The translations under genes were made by a program, and so were the position numbers. Positions 8,168-17,499 of a DNA stretch of 24,000 nt are shown here, piece after piece. Below the pieces are notes generated by a model that had not been told where the DNA came from, did not search any database, and was given only the letters and a program-made list of their open reading frames with translations. The stretch is from Nitriliruptoraceae bacterium. Its GTDB lineage: Bacteria; Actinomycetota; Nitriliruptoria; Nitriliruptorales; Nitriliruptoraceae. Where the stretch lies: assembly GCA_007133465.1 (NCBI GenBank), contig SLMP01000104.1, positions 1 through 24,000 of the forward strand, written 5' to 3'. Every line of letters begins with the position of its first letter. The first letter of the stretch is position 1.

Positions 8168-8273
8168 CCGCTAGCCGCGGTCGTCCATCGCCCGCGTTGC
8201 TCGGTGCGTTCCCGGCACGCCATGCTTCCCGCTCCCCTCCCGCCGTCCGCTCCCGTTCCTCGAAGGTCGTTCC

Positions 8274-8654
8274 ATGCGTGCGTCGTTCCGTCCGCTCACG
8301 TCCGCTCGCCTGCTCGTCGCGGCCGCCGTGCTGTTGCTCGCCGCCGGGTGCGCGTCCGGGCCGACCGCCAGCCCCGATCTGCCCGACGACCTCGGGTCGC
8401 CGGTGGCGGCGCCGGTCGTCGAGGTCGACGACAACGTCTTCGTGCCGGCCGAGGTGGTCGTGACGGCCGGCACCGAGGTCCGCTGGGAGTGGGTCGGACG
8501 GGCCGCCCACGACGTCGAGGGCGAGGGCTTCGCGAGCGACATCCAGGTCGAGGGCACCTTCAGCCACACCTTCGACACCGCCGGGACCCACCCGTACATC
8601 TGCACGCTGCACCCCGGGATGGACGGCACCGTCTACGTCGTGCCGTCCGACTGA
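8274..8654 (+). CDS. cupredoxin-like (type-1 copper) lipoprotein
   Basis: 126 aa with a signal peptide and lipobox LLLAAGC. The candidate copper ligands are His in AAHDVEG and C-x2-H-x2-M in YICTLHPGM. The predicted fold is a single beta-sandwich. Confidence 0.7.
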   Translation: MRASFRPLTSARLLVAAAVLLLAAGCASGPTASPDLPDDLGSPVAAPVVEVDDNVFVPAEVVVTAGTEVRWEWVGRAAHDVEGEGFASDIQVEGTFSHTFDTAGTHPYICTLHPGMDGTVYVVPSD

Positions 8655-8727
8655 CGGGGCGTCAGCCGCCTGCCGCCCGCCGACGTTCCAGGGAGCCCCG
8701 TGCGGCGCGGCGCGCCACCTCGGGGTG

Positions 8728-10593
8728 TCAGACGCGCGCCGGTTCGCGGCTGCCGGCGAGCTGCCCACGCATCTCCGCGGCGTACTGGTCGGCGTTGAGC
8801 CCGGCGAGCAGGTGCAGGGTGCCGTCGCCGACCTCGACCATGCCGCCGATGCCGGCGGCGGTCAGCGCCGCGTCGTCGACCGGGGACACGTCGGCGACGA
8901 CGACGCGGAGCCGTGTCTCCGCGGCCGACTCGACCTTGCGGATGTTGCCGGCGCCGCCGAGCGCCGCGATGACGTCGCGGGCCTTCTCCGGGGCGAGGGT
9001 GTCGCGCAGTTTCGGCTCGACGCCCTTGGGCTTGTGGGACACCGACGGCACGTCGGCCTCCGACAGCTCGGCGTCCTCGCCCGCGGTCTCGAGGTACTCC
9101 TCCATGTCGGTCTTGAGGTTCTCCGCCCGTGGACCGAAGATCGCCTGGACGTTGTTGCCGACCACCACGACGCCTGCTGCGCCGAGCGCCTTGAGGCGGT
9201 CCTGGTCGGCCTTGTGGACATCGGCGACGCCGACGCGCAACCGGGTGATGCACGCGTCGAGGTCAGCGATGTTGCTCTTGCCGCCGAAGGCCAGGGTCAG
9301 CTGCCGGGCGAAGGTGTCGGCCGCGTCGTCGCGAGCGGACTCGACGTCGGCGGTCTCCTCCTCACGGCCGGGGGTCGTGAGGTTGAGCTTCGTGATCAAT
9401 GTGCGGAACACGAGGTAGTAGATCGCGAAGTAGGCCGGACCCCAGACGAACACCATCCACGGGCGCGTGCCGAGCGCGGCGAACAGCGCGAAGTCGATGA
9501 AGCCGTGGGAGAACGTGTACCCGAGCAGCGCACCGGAGAGGTACATCAACGGGAACGCGAGACCGGCGAGGATGATGTGGACCACGTAGAGGACCGGGGC
9601 GACGAACAGGAAGGTGAACTCGAGGGGCTCGGTGATGCCGGTCAGGAACGAGGTCAGCGCCGCGGACAGCATGATCGAGCCGGTCCGCACACGGTTCTCG
9701 GGCTTCGACGTCTGCCAGATCGCGAGCGCCGCACCGGGCAGGCCGAACATCTTGAACAGGAAGCCGCCGCCGAGCCGGCCGGCCTCCGGGTCGCCGGCGA
9801 AGAAACGGGTCAGCTCGCCGGTCACCACCGTGCCGTCCGCCGCCGTGAACGAGCCCACCTCGAAGAAGAACGGGGCGTTCCAGATGTGGTGCAGCCCGAA
9901 CGGCAGCAGGGACCGCTCCACCGTGCCGTACAACCAGACGCCGAGCGCTGGCTGGCTCTCCGAGGCCCAGACGGAGAAGACGTCGATCACGTTCTGGATC
10001 GGGGGCCAGATGAAGCTGAGTACCACCCCGAGCGCGATCGCGGCGAAGGCGGTGATGATCGGTACGAACCGCTTGCCCGCGAAGAAGCCGAGGTAGGGCG
10101 GCAGCGAGATGCGGAAGAAACGGTTGAACAGCAGGCCGGCGATCAGGCCGACGATGATGCCGCCGAACACGCCGGTGTCGAGCGTCTCGATCCCGGTGAC
10201 GACCCGTGTCTCTGCGCCGATCTCTCCGGCGACGACTCCCATCGTCGCGTTCATGACGAGGAACCCGACGACGGCCGAGAGCGCGGCGACGCCGTCGTTC
10301 TTCGCCATCCCGAGCGCGACCCCGATCGCGAAGATCAGGGCCATGTTGGCGAAGATCGGCTCACCCGACGCCTGCATGATCTCCAGCAGGATCCGTACCG
10401 GCGCGACCAGGTCGATCCCGCGCTCCGCGGTTCCGGACAGGACGGCCCCGCCGACGCCGAGCAGGATGCCCGCCACCGGCAGGATCGACACCGGCAGCAT
10501 CAGCGACTTGCCGATCTTCTGCAGGAAGCCGAAGGCGGTACTGCCCGCGTTCTTCAAGCGCGACGGTGCGGCGGGTTCGGTCGCGGTGGCCAT
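8728..10593 (-). CDS. PTS glucose/N-acetylglucosamine-family permease, EIIC-EIIB plus a second Cys-less EIIB-like domain
   Basis: ATG 10593 follows AAGGAGG; the track ORF extends spuriously to 11307. The N-terminus [26 protein letters not shown]...[15 protein letters not shown] is very close to the PtsG/NagE EIIC domain. EIIB-1 has the active site DACITRLRV (Cys codon 9250-9252). The C-terminal EIIB-like repeat has SAAETRLRV, with Ala (8920-8922) at the Cys position. Confidence 0.85.
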   Translation of the reverse strand: MATATEPAAPSRLKNAGSTAFGFLQKIGKSLMLPVSILPVAGILLGVGGAVLSGTAERGIDLVAPVRILLEIMQASGEPIFANMALIFAIGVALGMAKNDGVAALSAVVGFLVMNATMGVVAGEIGAETRVVTGIETLDTGVFGGIIVGLIAGLLFNRFFRISLPPYLGFFAGKRFVPIITAFAAIALGVVLSFIWPPIQNVIDVFSVWASESQPALGVWLYGTVERSLLPFGLHHIWNAPFFFEVGSFTAADGTVVTGELTRFFAGDPEAGRLGGGFLFKMFGLPGAALAIWQTSKPENRVRTGSIMLSAALTSFLTGITEPLEFTFLFVAPVLYVVHIILAGLAFPLMYLSGALLGYTFSHGFIDFALFAALGTRPWMVFVWGPAYFAIYYLVFRTLITKLNLTTPGREEETADVESARDDAADTFARQLTLAFGGKSNIADLDACITRLRVGVADVHKADQDRLKALGAAGVVVVGNNVQAIFGPRAENLKTDMEEYLETAGEDAELSEADVPSVSHKPKGVEPKLRDTLAPEKARDVIAALGGAGNIRKVESAAETRLRVVVADVSPVDDAALTAAGIGGMVEVGDGTLHLLAGLNADQYAAEMRGQLAGSREPARV

Positions 10594-10622
10594 CGGGGCC
10601 CTCCTTGTCGCGGCGGTCGTGC

Positions 10623-10643
10623 GGTCGGTCCGAAGGACCGGCC
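10623..10643 (-). other. intercistronic stem-loop between the two PTS genes (9-bp stem with one G-U, 3-nt loop)
   Basis: GGTCGGTCC gaa GGACCGGCC, read directly from the sequence. It lies in the 59-nt gap between the EIIA-HPr-EI stop (10653) and the permease start (10593). Confidence 0.3.
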
Positions 10644-10652
10644 ATCGGCAGG

Positions 10653-13361
10653 TCAGGTGCTGGAGGTGCTCGATGGATCGGTGATGGGCGGCGGGTCGCC
10701 GGCCGACGTGTCGGACGTCACGGCGTTGCGCACGGACGCGTCGGTGGTCGCGGTGGCCGTCGTCTGGAGGGCGTCGGTCGACGCGCCGACGACGGATCCC
10801 TCGTCGTCTTCGCGATCGAGGGGCACGAGTGCCCGGACCGCGGCGGCGGTGTCCTGGGTCAGCGCCTCGGCAGCGAGGAGCTGGCAGTCCGCGAGCGACA
10901 AGCCACGGATCTGCGCCTTGACGCTCGGGATCGTGGGGATCGAGACGCTGAGCTCGTCGACCCCGAGCCCGACGAGCAGTGGCACGGCCTGCGGGTCGGC
11001 GGCGATACCGCCGCAAACGCCGACCCACTTGCCGCGGTCGTGCGCGGCGTCGACGGCCAGCTGGATCAGGCGCAGCACCGCCGGGTTGAGCCCGTCGACC
11101 TGCGGGGCGAGCTTCGGGTGCCCGCGGTCCATGGCCAGCGTGTACTGGGTGAGGTCGTTCGACCCGATCGAGAAGAAGTCGACCTCGGCGGCGAAGGTCG
11201 GCGCCATGATCGCGACCGACGGGACCTCCACCATGATGCCGAGCGGCACCGAGCCGACGCCGAGGCGCTCGCTCTCCTCCTCGAACACCCCGCGGGCGGC
11301 GCGCCACTCCGGCAGCGTCGCGATCATCGGGAACATCACGTGCAGACGGGCGCCCGCGTCCGCGGCCCGCAGGATCGCACGGACCTGTGTGCGCAGGATC
11401 TCCGGGCGGTCGAGCCCGACCCGGATGCCACGCTCGCCGAGGAACGGGTTGTCCTCGCGGGGGATCGGCAGGTAGGGCAACGGCTTGTCGCCGCCGACGT
11501 CCAGCGTGCGGATCACGAGCGGCCGGTCGCCGCCGACGGCCTCTGCGATCTCGCGGTAGAGCTCGGCCTGTTCGTCCTCGCTGGGGGCCCGGGGCCGGTC
11601 GAGGAAGACCAACTCGCTGCGAAGCAGCCCGACGCCCTCGGCCCCCTTGGCCATGGCGTTGCGCGCGTCCTTGGCGTCGCCGATGTTGGCGACCACCTCG
11701 AGCCGGTGGCCATCGCTGGTCACGGCCGGTTCGTCGGCGTGTTCGAGTTCGATCGCGCGTCGCTCGGCCACACGCTCGAGGCGACGCTCGACGCGGGCGA
11801 CATCGTCGTCGGTGGCGTTGAGGCGGAGCGTGCCCTTCGTCCCGTCGAGGATGACGCGGGTCCCATCGGGGATGTCGAGCGCGCGAGGCTCGACCCCGGC
11901 CACCGCCGCGATGTCGAGCGACCGGGCGAGGATCGCGACGTGGGAGGACGCGCCGCCCGCGGTGGTGGCGAACCCGCCGACGCGCTCGCGGTCCAGCGTC
12001 GCGGTGTCCGAGGGGGTGAGGTCCTCCGCGACGAGGATGCTGCCCGGGGGGTACTCCGGCGGACCCTGCTGGACGCCGATCAGGACCTCGAGCACGCGCT
12101 GCCCGACGTCGCGGACGTCGGTCGCGCGCTGGGCCAGGAGCTGGTTGGTGAGCCCGGCGAGCTGGTCGGCATAGCTGGCGTAGGCCCGATGCCAGGCGTA
12201 TTCGGCGGAGCGGCCCTTGTTGATCGCGCTGCCGGCGCGGTCCAGCAGGTCCGGGTCGTCGAGCAGCTCCTGGTGGGCGGCGAAGATCGCCGCCTTGTCC
12301 GGGTCGGCTTCGGCCTGCAACCGGGCCTCGAGCGCCTCGAGCTGCACCATCGCCTTGTCGATCGCGTCGTCGAGCCGCCGCCGTTCCTTGTGCGAGTCCT
12401 GCGCGTCCTCCGGGAAGGTCAGCTCCTCGTGGCGAACCTGCACGACCGTCCCCACCGCCAACCCGGGAGCGGCGGACGCGCCGAGCAGCAGGTTCGGGTC
12501 GTCGGAACGCGGCCGAGGGGCGGGGGCGGCCGAGTCCGGCCGCGACACGCTGGCCGGCGCGGGCGCCGGCGGCGTGCCCTCCTCGCCGAGCCCGTCCGCG
12601 ATCGCCGCGGCGAGCGCCTTGACGGCCTCGTCGGCGTCGGGTCCCTCCGCCAGCAGGCTCACCTTGTCGCCGTGGTCGACCTCCAACCCCATGATCGCGA
12701 TCGTGCTCTTCGCGTTGACCGAGGCGTCGCCGCGCTGCAGCTTGATCTTGCTCTCGTAGGACTTCGCGAGGTTGGCGAGCACCGCCGCCGGTCGGGCGTG
12801 GAGGCCGGTCGGATTCGGGATCACGATCGCGTCCGAGGACGCCCGCTTGCCGCCGGTGGCGCCGGCCTCCTCGCCACGGCCTTCGACCTCGAGCTCCGCG
12901 ATGATGTCCGTACCGGCCGTCACGAGCCCCGAGGACGGCGTCAGGCTCGTCAGCTGCTCCGAGTTGGTGATCACGACCTGGGTGAGCAGGCTCTTCGCGG
13001 CGGTTGCCACGTGGTCGAGGTCGAACGCGATGAGCTCACTGCCGGTCGTCACCTGGTCGCCGACGGCGACCTGCGGGTCGAACCCCTCGCCCTTGAGCAT
13101 GACGGTGTCCAACCCGATGTGGAGCATCACCTCGATGCCCGTCGGGCTCAGGATCGTCACCGCGTGCCCGGCGGGGTGGAGTTGGATCACCTCCCCGTCA
13201 CACGGGGCCAGCAGCCGGTCGGACAGCGGGTCGATCGAGACGCCGTCACCGACCATCCGCTGGGCGAAGACCGGGTCCGGGACCTGCTCGATCGGGACCA
13301 TCTGGCCGCTGAGGGGTGCGACGAGCGTCAGCGTCGCCCCGGAACCTCCACCATCTGCCAC
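10653..13361 (-). CDS. multiphosphoryl transfer protein: fused EIIA(Glc)-HPr-Enzyme I
   Basis: 902 aa with a GTG start.
- EIIA-Glc domain: [14 protein letters not shown]...GHAVTI...[15 protein letters not shown].
- HPr domain: [13 protein letters not shown].
- Enzyme I: [14 protein letters not shown] phospho-His region and [12 protein letters not shown].
The protein ends in a 54-aa S/T/D-rich tail. Confidence 0.9.
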   Translation of the reverse strand: MADGGGSGATLTLVAPLSGQMVPIEQVPDPVFAQRMVGDGVSIDPLSDRLLAPCDGEVIQLHPAGHAVTILSPTGIEVMLHIGLDTVMLKGEGFDPQVAVGDQVTTGSELIAFDLDHVATAAKSLLTQVVITNSEQLTSLTPSSGLVTAGTDIIAELEVEGRGEEAGATGGKRASSDAIVIPNPTGLHARPAAVLANLAKSYESKIKLQRGDASVNAKSTIAIMGLEVDHGDKVSLLAEGPDADEAVKALAAAIADGLGEEGTPPAPAPASVSRPDSAAPAPRPRSDDPNLLLGASAAPGLAVGTVVQVRHEELTFPEDAQDSHKERRRLDDAIDKAMVQLEALEARLQAEADPDKAAIFAAHQELLDDPDLLDRAGSAINKGRSAEYAWHRAYASYADQLAGLTNQLLAQRATDVRDVGQRVLEVLIGVQQGPPEYPPGSILVAEDLTPSDTATLDRERVGGFATTAGGASSHVAILARSLDIAAVAGVEPRALDIPDGTRVILDGTKGTLRLNATDDDVARVERRLERVAERRAIELEHADEPAVTSDGHRLEVVANIGDAKDARNAMAKGAEGVGLLRSELVFLDRPRAPSEDEQAELYREIAEAVGGDRPLVIRTLDVGGDKPLPYLPIPREDNPFLGERGIRVGLDRPEILRTQVRAILRAADAGARLHVMFPMIATLPEWRAARGVFEEESERLGVGSVPLGIMVEVPSVAIMAPTFAAEVDFFSIGSNDLTQYTLAMDRGHPKLAPQVDGLNPAVLRLIQLAVDAAHDRGKWVGVCGGIAADPQAVPLLVGLGVDELSVSIPTIPSVKAQIRGLSLADCQLLAAEALTQDTAAAVRALVPLDREDDEGSVVGASTDALQTTATATTDASVRNAVTSDTSAGDPPPITDPSSTSST

Positions 13362-13509
13362 GGCGCAACCCCTGCGGCCGAGAGCCGCGCCGGGGCGGCT
13401 CGATCACGCGCGAGCCGGCGGTGCCGGGTCGCTGGGCGGCTGATCCTCCGCCTGCCGGGGAACGTAGTCGTTGCCGGACCCCGGATGGCGTGGAAGTTGC
13501 CGGATGGTG

Positions 13510-14025
13510 TCAGTTCAGCTGCCAGAGCGCGGCGTTGAGCGCGGTCGCGTAGAGGATCCACAGCAGGTAGGGCACCAGCAGCCAGGCCGCGATGCGGTCG
13601 ATGCGCCAGAAGGCGACGATCGTCAGCACGACGAGGACATCGAGGACGGCGATCACCGCGACCGCTGGCCCGAAGGCCTCGAGGCCGAAGAAGACCCCGG
13701 GCCAGACGGCGTTGACGACGAGCTGGACCGCCCAGAGAGCGAGCGCCGCCCCGGCTGCGCGGATGCCGCCGGCGGCGTGCCAGACCCGCCAACCGGCGAC
13801 CCCGATCAGGACGTACAGGATCGGCCAGACGACCCCGAACGTCCAGGACGGCGGTGCCCAGGCGGGGCGTTCGAAGGCGAGGTAGCGGCCACCGACGTCC
13901 GTGCCCTGCAGCAGCGACCCGATCCCGCCGGCGGCGAGCGCGATGGCCAGGAACGCCAGCAGGCCGAGCCAGCGAGCGCGCCGGTCGGTGGGATCGGTGG
14001 TCATCTCGCCGGGGCTGGTCGTCAC
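13510..14025 (-). CDS. tspO: TspO/MBR family tryptophan-rich sensory protein
   Basis: Five predicted TM segments and the Trp-rich signature (PAWAPPSWTFGVVWPILY...GWRVW...LWAVQLVVNAVWP...LLVPYLLWILYATALNAALWQLN). GTG 14025 has GGAG 5 nt upstream; ATG 14004 is an alternative start. The track ORF extending to 14649 is an artefact. Confidence 0.85.
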   Translation of the reverse strand: MTTSPGEMTTDPTDRRARWLGLLAFLAIALAAGGIGSLLQGTDVGGRYLAFERPAWAPPSWTFGVVWPILYVLIGVAGWRVWHAAGGIRAAGAALALWAVQLVVNAVWPGVFFGLEAFGPAVAVIAVLDVLVVLTIVAFWRIDRIAAWLLVPYLLWILYATALNAALWQLN

Positions 14026-14207
14026 GTCGGCTCCATCGTCACGGGCGGTGCGGGGGACTCCGGCTCGGGGTGTCGGGGGCCGGGACGTCGTCGTCGGGGG
14101 TCCGGGGCGTCGTCGGCTCCCGGCGGTGGTCGGCACGGAGGGGCCGACGGCTACCGTGCCAGGTGCCACCACCCGGTGCGTCCCCCACCACCTGTCCGGA
14201 GGACCGC

Positions 14208-15635
14208 GTGTCCCGCGCGCCGATCCCCAACGTGCTCGCCGCCCGCTACGCCAGTGGACCGATGGTCGAGCTGTGGTCGCCCGAGGGCAAGGTGGTCCTC
14301 GAGCGGCGCCTGTGGATCGGTGTGCTGCGGGCCCAGGCGGAACTCGGCGTCGACGTCCCGGACGGGGCGATCGACGCCTACGAGGCGGTCGTGGAGGAGG
14401 TCGACCTGGCGTCGATCGCCGCCCGCGAGCGCCTGACCCGGCACGACGTGAAGGCGCGGATCGAGGAGTTCTGCGCGCTCGCCGGCCACGAGGTGGTCCA
14501 CCTCGGGATGACCTCGCGCGACCTGACGGAGAACGTCGAGCAGTTGCAGGTCCGCCGGTCCCTCGAGCTGGTCCGAGACCGGTGCGTGGCGACGCTCGCG
14601 CTGCTGGCCGAGCGGGCGGTGGAGCACGCGACGCAGGTGATGACCGCACGGACCCACAACGTGCCCGCCCAGGCGACGACGCTCGGCAAGCGGTTCGCGT
14701 CCGCGGGTGAGGAGCTGCTGCAGGCCACGCGCCGGGTCGAGGAGCTCCTGGCCCGCTACCCCCTGCGGGGGTTGAAGGGGCCGGTCGGCACCCAGCAGGA
14801 CCTCGTCGACCTGCTCGGGTCCGACGAGGCCGTCGCGACGCTGGAGGACCGCGTGGCCGAGCAGCTCGGGTTCACGGCCCGGCTCGGCGCGGTCGGGCAG
14901 GTCTATCCGCGTTCGCTGGACCTGGACGTCGTCGCCGCGCTCGTGCAGGTCGCTGCCGGGCCAGCCAGCCTCGCGACGACGATCCGCCTGATGGCGGGGC
15001 AGGAGCTCGCCACGGAAGGGTTCCGGCCCGGGCAGGTGGGCTCGTCGGCGATGCCGCACAAGATGAACAGCCGGTCGTGCGAACGCGTGATCGGGCTCAA
15101 GACGATCCTCGGTGGCCATCTCGCGATGGTCGCCGGGCTGGCCGGGGACCAGTGGAACGAGGGCGACGTGTCCTGCTCGGTCGTCCGGCGCGTCGCGCTC
15201 CCGGACGCGTTCCTCGCCGTGGACGGGTTGTTCGAGACCTTCCTCACCGTCCTGCTGGAGTTCGGTGCCTACCCGGCGGTGATCGAGCGCGAGCTCGAGC
15301 GGTATCTCCCGTTCCTGGCCACGACCAAGGTGCTGGTCGCCGCCGTGCGCGCCGGCGTCGGTCGCGAGCTCGCCCACGAGGTGATCCGCGACCACGCCGT
15401 GGCGGTGGCGCTGGCGATGCGCGAGGCGGGGCAGGTCGACAACGACCTCGTCGAGCGACTGGCCGCCGACGACCGGCTGCCGCTGGACCGCGCGGCGTTG
15501 GACGCGCTGCTCGCCGACCCGCTGGCCTTCGTCGGCACGGCGCCGCAGCAGGTCGCCGCGTTCGCCGCCGAGGTGGCGACGCTGACCGAGCGCCACCCGG
15601 ACGCGGCCCGCTACCGGCCGGACGCGATCCTCTAG
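14208..15635 (+). CDS. purB: adenylosuccinate lyase
   Basis: GTG 14208 follows GGAGGA (14198-14203), giving 475 aa. The sequence includes NVLAARYASGPMVELWSPE..., HLGMTSRDLTENVEQLQ..., and the fumarate-lyase signature region GSSAMPHKMNSRSCE. Confidence 0.9.
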   Translation: MSRAPIPNVLAARYASGPMVELWSPEGKVVLERRLWIGVLRAQAELGVDVPDGAIDAYEAVVEEVDLASIAARERLTRHDVKARIEEFCALAGHEVVHLGMTSRDLTENVEQLQVRRSLELVRDRCVATLALLAERAVEHATQVMTARTHNVPAQATTLGKRFASAGEELLQATRRVEELLARYPLRGLKGPVGTQQDLVDLLGSDEAVATLEDRVAEQLGFTARLGAVGQVYPRSLDLDVVAALVQVAAGPASLATTIRLMAGQELATEGFRPGQVGSSAMPHKMNSRSCERVIGLKTILGGHLAMVAGLAGDQWNEGDVSCSVVRRVALPDAFLAVDGLFETFLTVLLEFGAYPAVIERELERYLPFLATTKVLVAAVRAGVGRELAHEVIRDHAVAVALAMREAGQVDNDLVERLAADDRLPLDRAALDALLADPLAFVGTAPQQVAAFAAEVATLTERHPDAARYRPDAIL

Positions 15636-15716
15636 CGCGGGGCAACGGCCTCGTGGGGGCGGCCGGACGGACCTGGCGTGCGGCCTACCATCGGAGCTTC
15701 CCACCTCGAGGTCCCC

Positions 15717-17324
15717 GTGTCCGTCCCTGCTCCCCGCATGCGGTTCTGCCCCGCGCCGTCCGGCTGGCTGCACGTCGGCAGCGTCCGTGCCGCGCTCTAC
15801 AACTACCTCCACGCCCGTCACCACGGTGGGGTGTTCGTCTTCCGGATCGAGGACACCGACGCGTCGCGGGCGACCGAGGACTCGATGCGCTCGATGTTGG
15901 AGGCGCTCGCGTGGGTCGGGCTCGACTGGGACGAGGGGCCGACGCTCGAGGCGGACGGGTCGTTCGGGGAGCGAGGCGCGCACGGTCCCTACCGGCAGTC
16001 GGAGCGGGCGGCGCTGTACGGGGCGGTGGCCCGACGGCTGGTTGCGGCCGGTGCGACCTACCCGGACCATCGCACGCCCGACGAGCTCGAGCTGTGGCGT
16101 GAGCAGCAGCGGGCTGGGACCGGGGAGGGCCCACCGGTCGTGAAGGCGTCCACCTTCGAGCACACCGAGGAGGAGCTCGCGGCGCACGCCGGGGAGGGGC
16201 ACGCGGCGAGCCTGCGGCTGCGGACCCCGGAGGCGGGCGAGGTCGTGGTCGACGACCTGATCCGCGGGGCGGTGCGATGGGACTGGGCGACGATCTCCGA
16301 CCCGGTGATCGTGCGCTCCGACGGCTCGGCGACCTACCCGCTGGCCAACTCCGTCGACGACGTCGCGCAGGGGGTGTCGGTGATCTGCCGGGGCGAGGAC
16401 CTGCTCTCGGTGACCCCGCGCCAGGTGGTGCTGCACGGCCTGCTGGTGGGGCCGGATCCGGAGCAGGCCGGCGTCGCGCTGATCGACGCGGCGTTGGCGG
16501 AGGTCGGGCTGCCGGCACGCGCGGAGGGCTGGGCGGCGCCGGCGGCGTTCGCCCACCTGCCGATGGTCGTGGGGATGGACCGCAAGAAGCTGTCCAAGCG
16601 GCACGGGTCGGTGTCGATCCAGGAGTTCCGGCGGCAGGGGTTCCTGCCGGAGACGCTGCGCAACTACCTGGCGCTGCTCGGCTGGGCGCCGGGCGACGGG
16701 CGTGAGCGGTTGACCGACGAGGAGCTGATCGCCCTGTTCGACCTCGGCCAGGTCGGCCGGTCCGCGGCCGCGTTCGACGTCGACAAGCTGATGGCCTTCA
16801 ACGGCGAGCGGATCCGGGACCTCGGCGTCGACGAACTCGCCGCGCGGTTGGTGCCCTACCTCGACGGGACCGAGGGCGGGGACGTGCTCGTCGACGCACC
16901 ACCCACGGCCGGGCAGCTGCTGGTGCTGCGTGGGCTGGTGCCGCTGGTACAGGAGCGGATGCAGCGTCTGGACGAGGTGCAGCGCTACGCGCCGGCGTTC
17001 CTGCGCGACGAGGTGACCCTCGACCCCGACAGCGTCGCCAAGGTGTTCGGCAAGGCCGGGTCGGTCGAGGCGATCGAGGCAGCGCAGCGGGTGCTGGCCG
17101 ACGTCGACTGGACGCTCGAGGCGATCGAGGCGGCGCTGCGTGGCCTGCCGGAGGAGCTCGGCATCGGGTTCGGCAAGGTGGCCCAGCCGGTCCGGGTCGC
17201 CGTGACCGGCTCGTCGGTGAGCCCGCCGTTGTTCGAGTCGGTCGAGCTGCTCGGCCGCGAGCGGACGCTCGCCCGGCTCGCGGCGGCGCTGCCGGCGGCG
17301 AGGGCGGCCCGCGGCGAGGGCTGA
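15717..17324 (+). CDS. gltX: glutamyl-tRNA synthetase
   Basis: The HIGH-type motif is PAPSGWLHVGSVRAALYNY, followed by RIEDTD, and the KMSKS-type motif is KKLSKRHG. The start is ambiguous: GTG 15717 (GAGGT 4 nt upstream) is preferred, with 15678 and 15738 as alternatives. tRNA-Gln and tRNA-Glu follow, as is typical for actinobacteria. Confidence 0.9.
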   Translation: MSVPAPRMRFCPAPSGWLHVGSVRAALYNYLHARHHGGVFVFRIEDTDASRATEDSMRSMLEALAWVGLDWDEGPTLEADGSFGERGAHGPYRQSERAALYGAVARRLVAAGATYPDHRTPDELELWREQQRAGTGEGPPVVKASTFEHTEEELAAHAGEGHAASLRLRTPEAGEVVVDDLIRGAVRWDWATISDPVIVRSDGSATYPLANSVDDVAQGVSVICRGEDLLSVTPRQVVLHGLLVGPDPEQAGVALIDAALAEVGLPARAEGWAAPAAFAHLPMVVGMDRKKLSKRHGSVSIQEFRRQGFLPETLRNYLALLGWAPGDGRERLTDEELIALFDLGQVGRSAAAFDVDKLMAFNGERIRDLGVDELAARLVPYLDGTEGGDVLVDAPPTAGQLLVLRGLVPLVQERMQRLDEVQRYAPAFLRDEVTLDPDSVAKVFGKAGSVEAIEAAQRVLADVDWTLEAIEAALRGLPEELGIGFGKVAQPVRVAVTGSSVSPPLFESVELLGRERTLARLAAALPAARAARGEG

Positions 17325-17499
17325 CGTCGTCGCGACGGTGCGCCGGCTCCGGTCCGTCCCACCGGTCGAGGCGCCCTTTGCGCGGCGGCGGCGCGCCCCG
17401 TACCCTTGCGAGCCGCGCCTGGGTTCCCCGGCTGCTCGTGCTGGTTCGACGGTCACCCGTCGCGGACGCACGCGGGCGGAGGCTCGGACGCAGCCCTTT

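Noticed and set aside
8224-8262. Polypyrimidine (C/T-rich) tract upstream of the cupredoxin gene as a possible copper-responsive operator
   Set aside because: There is no palindrome or known CsoR/CopY-type motif. It is probably just a skewed 5' UTR.
13471-13507. Short direct repeats TTGCCGGA / CCGGATGG (about 19-26 nt apart) at the tspO 3' end, upstream of the PTS operon
   Set aside because: The 8-nt repeats are GC-rich and adjoin the tspO stop. They resemble no operator I know (for example, no DasR-type AGTGGTCTAGACCACT), and they are too short to separate from chance.
8725-13538. 916-aa (8725-11475) and 990-aa (10566-13538) plus-strand ORFs
   Set aside because: They lie antisense to the PTS permease and the EIIA-HPr-EI genes, which have unmistakable domain motifs. 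The translations are R/G/D/E-rich with no motifs.
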